The notes beneath the pieces are model-generated. The model made no database searches. It was not told the DNA's origin and saw only the letters and a program-made list of their open reading frames with translations. A stretch of DNA of 64,000 nucleotides from contig CBDEFO010000008.1 in the NCBI GenBank assembly GCA_965237525.1, forward strand, positions 992,001-1,056,000. The letters are read 5' to 3'. Below are positions 9,723 through 19,552 of this stretch, one piece after another (positions within the stretch are counted from its first letter, which is position 1; every line of letters starts with the position of its first letter). Source of the stretch: Candidatus Latescibacterota bacterium (lineage in GTDB: Bacteria; Latescibacterota; CBDEFO01). Position numbers and translations under genes: made by a program.

Positions 9723-12700
9723 ATGTCAGATCAGATCCCGATGCCTGCTACAGTACTTGAACATCTTAGAACTGAAATGATAGGCCAAGAAATTGACGGA
9801 TTAATTATCAGAAGTCTTCTAGGTTTCGGAAATACCGCTGTCACCTATGAGGTAGAGGATACAAATGGAATTCCAGCGGGGGCGTTGAAATTGGTGACAC
9901 GTGAGTCTTACGGTAATAGAGCTCCATTTCGGGAAATTGGTCGATTTGCACAGGTAGAAGACGAGCGGTTCCTTGTACTGCCAAAATGAACTGGTGATTG
10001 GTCCTTGGAGCTAGGAGGCAAGAAATATGAGTTTATATGGTTTCTTAGTAGGTGCGTAAAGGGTCAAACTCTTAGGGATTTTCTCGAATCAAATCTCGGT
10101 TTTTCGGCTAAAACCGAGATACATAGATATGTGGAACATCTTACCGCAGCTCTCGATGAGCTTCAGAGAGTAGGATTTAGTCACGGGGATCTCCACGACC
10201 GTAACATAATGCGGGAAGTAGTTGGTGCAAAAGGTCGCCTTCCTGAGACCCGTTATGTAATTATCGATTTCAGTGAAGCGCATCCCGTTGAAGCAACGGA
10301 AGAAGGATTATCAAAAGATATAGAATATTTTGGCCGCCATCTGAGGAGTTTTTATGACAATGTTGGCCAAAGGGAAACCATCACAAGAGATGATGAGAGG
10401 ATTCTAGACGCAATAACTCATATACCCGGACTTCTTAACGGCACTGCCCCCGAGTCAATGGGTATTTCTAAATCGTCAGATGTTTTGAACAGATTCAAAG
10501 ACGGCGTAAGATCTGCCGAAGAAGCGCCGCGGAAACTTCGTACCCCCTTTGATTCCCTCAGTACGGAACATATTGCAAACGATGATTTACTTGCCGATCT
10601 TTGCTTCACCGAAATGTGGTGGACTTCGGAATTGGAGAAGAATAAGAATCTGCTATTGACTGGTCCTCGTGGCTGTGGAAAGACGATGATTTTTCGTCGA
10701 TTGCGCTTAAAAACAAAGATTGCGGCAAAGAAAATCTGTAAAGAAATTGAATCTGATCCGCATGTCGGCTTTTACCTCCCCTGCGAATCGCTTTTCTACA
10801 TGACGTTCTCTGATCTATCGGAAGTTAGCATTGAAGACAATAAGGATGCGCTCATACTGTTTTTCAATATGGCTGTATTGGCAGAGGTCTCTTCGACCCT
10901 GTCTGTTCTCCCCGATTCCTTTCAGCCGGTTTCTCAAAGTATCACTGGAGCCTTATCTAAACTTGTAAAGGAAGAGATTGGGACGCTTTGGGAAGAATTA
11001 AGGTTCCCTTCTGTGGCTACAAGTTTAGATGAGTTTGCTGTTTTTGCAGAGGATGTAATGCGCCATATACGCAGATCCATTGCCTATGGCAAGACCATCC
11101 CTTCTCTCGGTTCAACAGATTTCGTGACACGATTAGTTGAAGTCGTAAAAAAGGAAGTTCCTTCTCTTTCCGGACGATGCTTTATTTTCTTTGTTGATGA
11201 CTACACTGAAGAGCGCGTCCCAATAGCGCTTCAAGAAGCCCTCCATCCCATCGTGTGTCAACGCTCGTCAGATCTGTGTTTCAAGATTTCAACCCACATG
11301 TTCGGATCGATATATGACTTCCCGCGACCCCTCGCGCTTGATGAGGGGCGAAATATTATGGCGATTAATCTAGGCTCTGCATATTTGAAGCTGAACAAGC
11401 GAAGCAAAGAAGGAAAGTTATTACTGAAAATCTTAAACGAGAGATTCAGAAATTGTGACGGGTACAAGGGAACAATCGAGAAATGGCTTGGGAAAACATC
11501 GCATCCAGGAGACCGAACTTTGAGCTGGGCACTGCACGATGAGAAAACCCGACAGAAAACTCAGTACCATGGTGTTCAATGCTTAATGGATATCTGTACG
11601 GGTGATTACAGCGAAATGATTAGAACGGTCGGGGAAATATTTAGTGAGGCAAGAATAGAGCCTGATACTCCGGTCAAAGAAATTCCACCGCCGGTTCAAG
11701 ACAGGGCAATTGATAGGGTCTCCAGAGAGTATCTTGGACGTGTTCGCCATATTCAACCAGATGGACAGAAACTATTCGATGTTGTAGACTGTTTCGGAAA
11801 GCTTTCAAAAGACCTACTGTATGAGAGAGAACCTGTTGGTCAGGGCAAGGACAGTAAAGGGCAACCGAGAAAAGATCCTTTTGATCTCTTAACTATTTAC
11901 GTTGACGACCTTACGAAGGCTACACCGGGTGCCCGCAAAGTGTGGGAGCTTCTTCAAAGGGCCTCAATCTTTGTGGATACAGGGTTAGCGCCTTCGCAAC
12001 GAAGCGTTATTGCCGGTCGTGGGACGTTGAGGCGCATATACTGTCCAGCATTCAGAACTACCTTGTCGAGCAGTGAACACCTACAGACGACGAAGTATCA
12101 ATTTGAATGGTTTATGGATAAACCCGACGAATTTTGCAGGGACCAGTATCGCCGCAAAGTGAAGGAAAGAGACCAACCTACCTTCTGGAAAGAGGATGAG
12201 ATAGAACAAGTTGAAGAAGAGGATATTGTGCCAACGTCCTTTCCAGATGACAAAGACCACGCAGATTTTGCTGACGAGACCCCGACTCAGTGGATTGAGG
12301 TCGTAGATTCGCTTCCCGAGTTAAGTCCTTTGGATGATGTAGTACATCAGAATTCAAGCTTTGATCTGTACATAGGGGCACTAGGATTTGAAGAACGAAC
12401 GGCAAAAGCTGCTGCTGCCTTGGTACGTAAAGGGGTTCGAATCCATAATGCTGTCCTACTAGAACTTGACATGTATTACGAAGCGGCAGAGAATAGACGA
12501 GAGGAATACGAGCAGATTATTAAACAGCTTACATCTGGGAGACCCCATAGACCTTTGAATGCACCGATTAGTGTCCAACATCACACTTTTCCTGAACAAA
12601 TGGAAAGTTTGTTGCAGGCTCTATCAAAAGCTGAAACTCCCAAAATCTTGTTTGATTGTACAAGCTGTCCATCAATAATACATTCCCAAAGTCTAGCAGT

Positions 12701-13373
12701 TCTATTGAAATATCCCTGCAATTTGACAGTTTTGTACTCCGAGGCGGCAAAGTACTTTCCCACACCGGAAGAGTGGGAAACTGTCAAGTCCAACCCTTAT
12801 AGCGAAAGAGTTCAGGGACCATTTGTGGGCGTTAGATTTGTGGCGAAACCACCCCTTCTGCAGTCGGACGACAAGGATGAACTCCCTGTATTACTTATTC
12901 TATTTCCGACATTCAATACAGAACGCACTGACCACGTCTTAGCCGACCTAAACCCAGCGGCAAGCACATGGATCTTCGGGCAACCACACGACCTTTCAAA
13001 AAACGCATATCGTGTACAGATGGCAAAGTCATTTGCTGCCCCCATCATAAACCCAGGAGACCCTTGGACAGAACTAAGTACATTTGACTATAGAAAAAGT
13101 CTCTCTGCGTTAGCAGGTATATATGCAAAGCATCGTCTTAGCCATCGCATAGTTGTCATGCCGCACGGTAGCAAGATGCAGACTCTAGGCGTAAATCTCT
13201 TCGCTGCTGTCCATCAAATATCAATGGTGTTTCCAATGCCCAAGACATATGATCCTAACAGATATTCCGAAGGATGTCTACAAGTATGGGCAATTCCACT
13301 TGGTGAAACACAAAGTCTTATCAAGAAACTTAGAACCGGGCGAGCATTTGGCAGTGAGAAAACCTGGAGGTGA
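9723..13373 (+). CDS. Protein kinase + P-loop (ORC/CDC6- or STAND-like) ATPase + C-terminal duplicated Rossmann-like domain; interrupted by one in-frame TGA at 9987-9989
   Basis: ORFs 9723-9989 and 10005-13373 share a frame; LGFGNTAVTY..ALKLV / HGDLHDRNIM / IIDFS kinase motifs; TGPRGCGKT Walker A; FIFFVDD Walker B; RBS AGGAGG before 9723. Confidence 0.8.
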
Positions 13374-13418
13374 TTTACTTTTCGATTGATCCAGAGAGCC
13401 GGGGCAACAACTCTTTCC

Positions 13419-15203
13419 CTAATCATCATCCTCGCGCTCGCTCAACAGCTCACCCCTCTGAAGCCGCTCCGCATTCTCCGTTGACCAGAGTATCCCTTTC
13501 ATCACCTTCTGCGCCGTTATGTATCTGGTCGCAGCCAATAGATGAATCCGCTTCTCCTCCGGATCATCCGATAAATCGTAATGCCGAAATGCGACCTCCA
13601 ACACCTGAAACATGTGTAGCTCGGCATCCTCCCTGAGCAGAATATGAGCGAGGGTCTTCCTAAGACTCGACATGTCGTGGCCTTCGTTCAGGTAGCGGTT
13701 GACCAGAAGCTCCGACTCGTAAACCTTCTGGAAGTCCGCCAGCTCCCCGAGACGCTCTAACATGTCCTCTGGCCCTCGGAAGGGTTCGTCCAGACCGTCT
13801 TCCGGCTTCGGAACGCGGGCAGAGGGCATGTTCAGCCAACGTATCAGCGTGGTAAATACCGCTCCGTGGAAGATCCCGCGAAGGAGTTCTTTGCTGGGCG
13901 CAATGTTGAAAGCGCAGTACAGGGCGTGGGCGTAAGAATAGAGATTCGCCACATCGTGCCAGTCCCCCTCGTTCTTAAGATGGAATCTTACAGTCCTTAT
14001 CGCCCCCGCGTAGGTCATAGCTCGGCAGAGATCAGTAGGGAGGACGCCCTGTCTGAGTTTCTCCTCAACTGCCCTTACCACGTCCCTGAAGTCATCTCCC
14101 AAAAGCGTATGGGCAAACTCTGAAATGTCCAACGATGATTCGCGCGACTGGTTCTCCTCCCATATTTCGTCCAGACGCGAGAAGACATCCTCCAGGACAG
14201 GGACGGTGTCCACCCAGAGCGAGGTTTCCTCGTGCCTTGTCCTCGAGACCAGATCTACCACGATAGGACGGAGTATCTCAACTGCGCCCTCCCAATCTAT
14301 GAAGTCCAGCGCCTCCAGAGTCTTATTGCCGAAGTCGAGGGCGTGGCCGTCTCCGGTGAAGTAGTAGTCGGTCGCTGTCGTGAAGATGAAGTCGGCGATG
14401 GTCTCTTTGGAATGTCCCCTGTCGAAGAGCGTCATTAGAATCCGTTCCGCTCCGGATGTATCTCTCTGCTCGACGAATCTCCTGAACCAGCGCTTCAGGG
14501 TACCTAAATCGTGAACCGCATCCCCGGGGAAGGGAAAGCGCCTCCTGCGATTCGACCGTCCCGCCGTCCTCCTCCCGACCTGCGTAAGGCCGTGCACCAA
14601 AAAGAGATTATGATCGTTGAGATCCACATCGTCCCACAGGTTCGCCGCTATGGTCAGAATCGTCACACCTGACGACCATCCCTCATTCGTCCTGGTGGCA
14701 CCGTAGTAGAATCCCTGTTGGACTATCTCCTTAATATCCGCTCCGGAGGTCCTCAAGGCAGTGATCGCCTTGGCCATCAGGAACGAACTGGCGTCCTTCA
14801 ACCCCTGTTGTAGCGCCTTTTGGCCCCTTTCTATCATCCGTCGCCGGGTGTCTTCGCTCTCATCTTTAGCCAGACCGACGTAGAGCTTGCCATCAGAAAC
14901 CTCCATCGGAAAGGACTTGACATCGTCACCACCTCCCAAGAAGCATCCTCCGGTGCGCAGGTCAAACTGCCAGTGATGCCAGTGACAGATCAATATTCCG
15001 TCTTTGACGCTCCCTTTCGAAAGGGGATACCCCATGTGAGGACAGCGGTTGTCCACAGCGAAGAACTCCGCGTTGTAGCGGAAGACCGCAAGATGGACAC
15101 CGTTAACCGTGAAAGCTTTTATATCGCCTTCGGGCATCTCATCTAGTGAACACAGACGGTGGAAGATCGTATTTCTACCATCTGTGGGATCGGATACACT
15201 CAC
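13419..15203 (-). CDS. Rieske [2Fe-2S] ferredoxin domain fused to a large helical repeat region
   Basis: NRCPHMGYPL...CHWHHWQFD Rieske ligands; RBS AGGAGG. Confidence 0.85.
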   Translation of the reverse strand: MSVSDPTDGRNTIFHRLCSLDEMPEGDIKAFTVNGVHLAVFRYNAEFFAVDNRCPHMGYPLSKGSVKDGILICHWHHWQFDLRTGGCFLGGGDDVKSFPMEVSDGKLYVGLAKDESEDTRRRMIERGQKALQQGLKDASSFLMAKAITALRTSGADIKEIVQQGFYYGATRTNEGWSSGVTILTIAANLWDDVDLNDHNLFLVHGLTQVGRRTAGRSNRRRRFPFPGDAVHDLGTLKRWFRRFVEQRDTSGAERILMTLFDRGHSKETIADFIFTTATDYYFTGDGHALDFGNKTLEALDFIDWEGAVEILRPIVVDLVSRTRHEETSLWVDTVPVLEDVFSRLDEIWEENQSRESSLDISEFAHTLLGDDFRDVVRAVEEKLRQGVLPTDLCRAMTYAGAIRTVRFHLKNEGDWHDVANLYSYAHALYCAFNIAPSKELLRGIFHGAVFTTLIRWLNMPSARVPKPEDGLDEPFRGPEDMLERLGELADFQKVYESELLVNRYLNEGHDMSSLRKTLAHILLREDAELHMFQVLEVAFRHYDLSDDPEEKRIHLLAATRYITAQKVMKGILWSTENAERLQRGELLSEREDDD

Positions 15204-15531
15204 TTGAAACCACCTCCTAATGTAAATATAAACAAAGGGTCAGCTAATCGAAAGATCACTTTGAAAAAAAGAGAATTAGGTATTGACAACACGACCTTTT
15301 TTAATATATTCATAAGGTACAGCACACGTATAATAATAAGCTTTTGAAACACCAATGTCAATGGGTTTGTGAAAGTCTATCAGCTCTTCTTCGCTTGAAA
15401 AATACTGTACACCGAGGTGTGTTTTTCATATCTTTGTATCGTTTTACAGGTTCCCTCTATGGATAGTTCACAATTTTCCCCCAAAAACTTCTTCGATACC
15501 CCCGTCAAGATATAGAAAGGTTACAATAAAT

Positions 15532-16443
15532 ATGAGGGTAGCGACAATAATAGGGAACTTTCTGGCGATTACGACTGGCACTTACGAACACATAGATACC
15601 GGTTTGCCTATACTGCTGGCCAACGAAGTGGAGACCACAGAGACGGGTTTTATATTCTACTTGAATTCGAGCGATCAAAAGCTGAAGGATACCGGGGCGG
15701 CATTCAGGGAAAGCGGCATAGCTTTGCGGTCTGTCCACGCTCCCTTCGGGGAGAGGGAGAATCTCTCCGCTTTAGATAAAGGTCAGAGGAAAGAGGCCCT
15801 GGATGTCCACAAGAGACTGTTGAGGAATGTTTCTTTAGCGGGTGTGGAGATGATCGTCGTGCATCCGGGGTCTAGTGTTGAGAAGGACGAAGATATTCCG
15901 ACTATGCATTCCCTTATCAGGGAGAGTCTGTCCGAGCTGGTTCCTGTAGCACAGTCTGAAGGAGTGAAAATTGCTCTGGAAAACATGCTCCCCGAGCATC
16001 CAGGTGCAGATGGAAGGGAAATCTTGAGTGTGGTGGAGGACATCGGCTCCGAGTGGCTCGGTGTCTGCTTCGATACAGGTCACGCACACATAAATGGGGA
16101 TATGAGGGGAACTATGGAGATCTTGAAAGATAAGATAATTACGTTTCATATTCACGATAACGACGGCATGAAAGATATGCACCTCCAGCCACCCTACGGG
16201 ACCATCAACTGGGCAGATTTCGTAGATTGTCTGGACACGATGGATTTTGGTGACCCCATAACGATTGAGTCGGCGCCCTGGGGAAGTGAGAGAGATCTGA
16301 AGTGGATGCAAAAAGAAGTGCGAACGCTCTTAAACGGCGCCAGAAACGGAGAGTACGGCAGGACCGCCGTACACTGCACCTCCTGCGGTCACAGGCTATT
16401 TAAAGGAGAGGAAGGATGGTTCTGCAGATGCAGCCAGCGCTAA
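15532..16443 (+). CDS. Sugar phosphate isomerase/epimerase (AP endonuclease 2 TIM barrel) with C-terminal Zn-ribbon
   Basis: SVHAPF, VVHPG, ALENM, CFDTGHAH, HIHDN..D.H; CTSC...CRC tail. Confidence 0.85.
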   Translation: MRVATIIGNFLAITTGTYEHIDTGLPILLANEVETTETGFIFYLNSSDQKLKDTGAAFRESGIALRSVHAPFGERENLSALDKGQRKEALDVHKRLLRNVSLAGVEMIVVHPGSSVEKDEDIPTMHSLIRESLSELVPVAQSEGVKIALENMLPEHPGADGREILSVVEDIGSEWLGVCFDTGHAHINGDMRGTMEILKDKIITFHIHDNDGMKDMHLQPPYGTINWADFVDCLDTMDFGDPITIESAPWGSERDLKWMQKEVRTLLNGARNGEYGRTAVHCTSCGHRLFKGEEGWFCRCSQR

Positions 16444-16455
16444 AGCAGAGAAAAA

Positions 16456-17290
16456 TCACCTCCCCTCCAACGCCTCTTTGGCCATGTGGGCCATATGGTC
16501 ATCAGGATAAAGCTCGATAAGCTTTCCCCACCACATTTCGGCTTCCTGCCATTTTCCGACAGAAGCGTTCATACCACCTATATAAAACAGGGCATCCGGA
16601 TGCTTGGAATCGTACTTAAGAGTGGCAGTTAGCTCCTGTATGGCTCTTTGTGGTTCTTCTGCGTTGAAATAACACACAGCAATTTCAACTCTGACGTCCA
16701 CATTGGTGGAGTCCGCTTCGAGAGATCTGTTGTAGTAATCGATCGCTTGCTCGAACTTCCCGGCGTCTCGGTACATATTGCCCAGCCTCACTAAAGCAGC
16801 AGTATTCTTAGGGTCTACCTCAATCTGCTCTTTCAAAGCTTCAATCTCCCGAAAGACCTGCTCCATCACCTCTGAGCCCCCGGGAGGAGACATCACTCCC
16901 CCCGGAAGGAGCTTGTTCGACCTTTCCGCTTCGCTGAGCTAAAACAATTGCGAGCACTACAATGACAGGAATGGTAAGGATAGAGACCCACTTCAGAACT
17001 GGGTAAGTGTAAGACGTTGTTCCTGAGCGCTCCTCCTTGGGATCTATATCATCGGCAACAATCTCATTTTTTGCAGTAGTGTGTAAGATAACCCTCTCAG
17101 CTATTTCTATTGTCTTAGCTTCAGATATACTCAGCTCCTTTCCGCATTGTCCGCAGAAGCTGGCCTCCTTTTCCACCTCTGCTCCGCAGTTAGGACAGGA
17201 TTTGTTAGATTCAACTTTGGTTCCGCAGTTAGGGCAGAAGTTTGCGCCTTCTGAAACTGATGTGCCGCACTTTGTACATTCAATCTGCAT
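16456..17290 (-). pseudogene. Double zinc-ribbon / TM / TPR protein split by a frameshift in a G6 run (16898-16903)
   Basis: ORF 16841-17290 (four CxxCG motifs, TM helix) joins ORF 16456-16896 (TPRs) if one G is removed. Confidence 0.7.
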
Positions 17291-17679
17291 AGATTACTCC
17301 TTTTCGCACAATTCTATTTAGGGGGAACTCCCAGTGTGGAGCGTCACATTAATTCGTGGTTAGTTGCCACTTGACCCCGCAAGGCGTCCGTGCTGCCCTT
17401 TCTGACACGCCCGATTTATCCTTATTTGCATGGCAGACACACGGGTCTGCCCCCACGGTATCCTAGAATGGACTCCCAACACCTACGTCGTGCAGGTCTA
17501 TTTCCCATTCCTGATGGGTTCTGGACACGGCCATGCGTAACACTGAAGGATCACATCGGTTTATCTTCATACCCATTACCCCTCTGTGTTTTCTCAATCG
17601 ATCCCAAGAGTCGGTACGCCATCTTGAACAGCGCGGACAGGCTATCCTCACTGGTCATTTACCGCGATCTGCAACGATC

Positions 17680-18597
17680 TCAAGTCTTCAGGAGTCCCTC
17701 CAACTGCTCGATGTGCCTTATCCCGACGACAACACTGCAAATACGAGGTTGGTCCAAAAGCCACCTTAAAGCGTACCGGGCCGGCTCGAGGCCAGCGGCT
17801 TGGGCTTCCTTCTCGTACTCTTCCAGCCTGGAGTACATGGCATCGTCGGGAACGGCGATCCAGTTCGGGATCTCGGCAGCGCGACTGTCGGGAGGGATTC
17901 TTTGACCCCGTTGATATTTCCCCGTCAGCAAACCGCCCTCCAACGGCTTATAAGGCGTCACGGCAATCTCATACTCCCGACAAACTGGCAAATGCTCAGC
18001 CTCCACATCGCGCGTGAGCCAGCTGTAAGGTGGCTGGCTGATCACAGGTCTCGGCCAGCCATTGGCGTCGCAGAGAGGGATCATTTCGCGGATCTGGGTG
18101 GCGTCAAAGTTTGAAAAACCCCAGTGGCGAACTTTGCCTGCAGCAATTAGTTGTTCTATCACGGCAAGCGACTCGTCCAGCGGCGTCTTCGGATCAGGAC
18201 GGTGCAACTCATAAAAGTCCACGTAGTCGGTCTGCAGGCGTTGGAGGCTGGCATCAATCTGATGGGTTATGTGCGTGTGACCCAGACCACCGCCATCATA
18301 TCCTCCGCCGCCGACGGGGTTGCCTACCTTGGTAGTGACGACCACTTGCTGGCGACGTCCCTCAAGCGCTTTTCCAAGAATCGCTTCCGCCACGCCTCCG
18401 GGAGAACCCAGGAAGCGGTCATAACCTTCGTATATGTCGGCGGTATCGATGAAATTGATGCCGTTGTCAATAGCCTGATGGACGATACGAATCACCTCCG
18501 CCTCAGCGACGGGTCTTCCGAAGGTCATCGTGCCCAGGCAGATCGTTGAGACACTCAGTTGTGTATTAGGTATAGGGCGCAGTTCCATACAGTTCAT
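17680..18597 (-). CDS. Aldo/keto reductase
   Basis: LGTMTFG, FIDTADIY, SLQRLQTDYVD...HRPD, GKVRHWGFSN. Confidence 0.93.
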   Translation of the reverse strand: MNCMELRPIPNTQLSVSTICLGTMTFGRPVAEAEVIRIVHQAIDNGINFIDTADIYEGYDRFLGSPGGVAEAILGKALEGRRQQVVVTTKVGNPVGGGGYDGGGLGHTHITHQIDASLQRLQTDYVDFYELHRPDPKTPLDESLAVIEQLIAAGKVRHWGFSNFDATQIREMIPLCDANGWPRPVISQPPYSWLTRDVEAEHLPVCREYEIAVTPYKPLEGGLLTGKYQRGQRIPPDSRAAEIPNWIAVPDDAMYSRLEEYEKEAQAAGLEPARYALRWLLDQPRICSVVVGIRHIEQLEGLLKT

Positions 18598-18679
18598 TCC
18601 TCACTTTTGAAAATAGGAGTTTGCTGAAATCATCTATATTCTGGTTTTTTCTGTTCAGGAATGAAAGCTACCAATGCTC

Positions 18680-18868
18680 TTATCCGTTGTTCTGCCAGCA
18701 GCCCTCCTCCTGATAACCCCTGCCACCACAAGTTGCACAGATGCCATATTCACGTCTTGGTAATCCAGTGTCTTGCCAGACAGATTTGCCGTCCCACACC
18801 CCACAACTTCCGCAATCGCACTTGCCTTTTCCTTTGCAGTGTTTGCACTTAACCCTCGCGGCTGACAT
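18680..18868 (-). CDS. Small DnaJ-type zinc-finger protein
   Basis: CKHCKGKGKC...CATCGGRG (CxxCxGxG x2); GAGG RBS and AT-rich upstream region. Confidence 0.6.
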   Translation of the reverse strand: MSAARVKCKHCKGKGKCDCGSCGVWDGKSVWQDTGLPRREYGICATCGGRGYQEEGCWQNNG

Positions 18869-19552
18869 TGTTGACCTCGTTGCTTAAATACGTGATTGAT
18901 GCTTGGTAGAAACACGAAGTGAAAAATCATTGATTTTATTATAAAAACATTACTTTGTAAAATCAAGGGTTTATGAGCTCAATTTTATAAGGATTTTACG
19001 AAAACTCATTCTTCTGTATCCCATGCAAGGGATTTTTCTTGCCAAACTCTTTAGATAAGAGTATCTTGTGTTGATTCCCGATCCCCAATAGAATCCCCGA
19101 TAGACTCAATCAGGGATCAGGGATTCAATCGCCGCTTGTTCCTGTTCCAGCCTTGCCAGACTATACAGCGCAAGTTGCCGTATTCTTGTAAGACTACGCA
19201 GACAACCTATGGACCAGACCATGCCCCATAGGGAGAAGCCTGTCCAGCGCTCCACGGAGGAGCCTCGTCAGGTCTTACATCTTATGTTTCTTTATAAAGC
19301 CCGATCCTGAAGAATCGAAGGGGTGTGGGCTTCCCGCTTTGTAGGGATTGCGTCAGCATACCGCCATTCGTAAGCGGTTGAGGAACGCGATCCGCCGCTA
19401 TTCTACGGTTCTAAGGGGTCTGTTCCTATCCGCTAAGAGCAGGATTTGAAGCCACACCCGCGGAGTGCCTATCGTGAGTCAAGCCGATGGCAGTGACTCC
19501 AGGTGGCGTCATTACGTTCGGCTATGGCTCAGACGAACTTAGGAGTTGAATA

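Noticed and set aside
9987..9989. Genome-wide UGA recoding (genetic code 4/25)
   Set aside because: Conserved genes such as rpsT, rnhB-yraN and the HDOD gene end at TGA at expected positions, and Trp is encoded by TGG
8643..13373. Classical type II R-M or complete BREX/Pgl system
   Set aside because: No recognisable endonuclease, PglZ, BrxC or helicase; only two genes
19245..19300. Hammerhead ribozyme on the minus strand (GAAAC...GUA...CUGACGA)
   Set aside because: Only 4 nt lie between the putative cleavage site and CUGACGA, so stem I cannot form, and no GAAA follows the next stem
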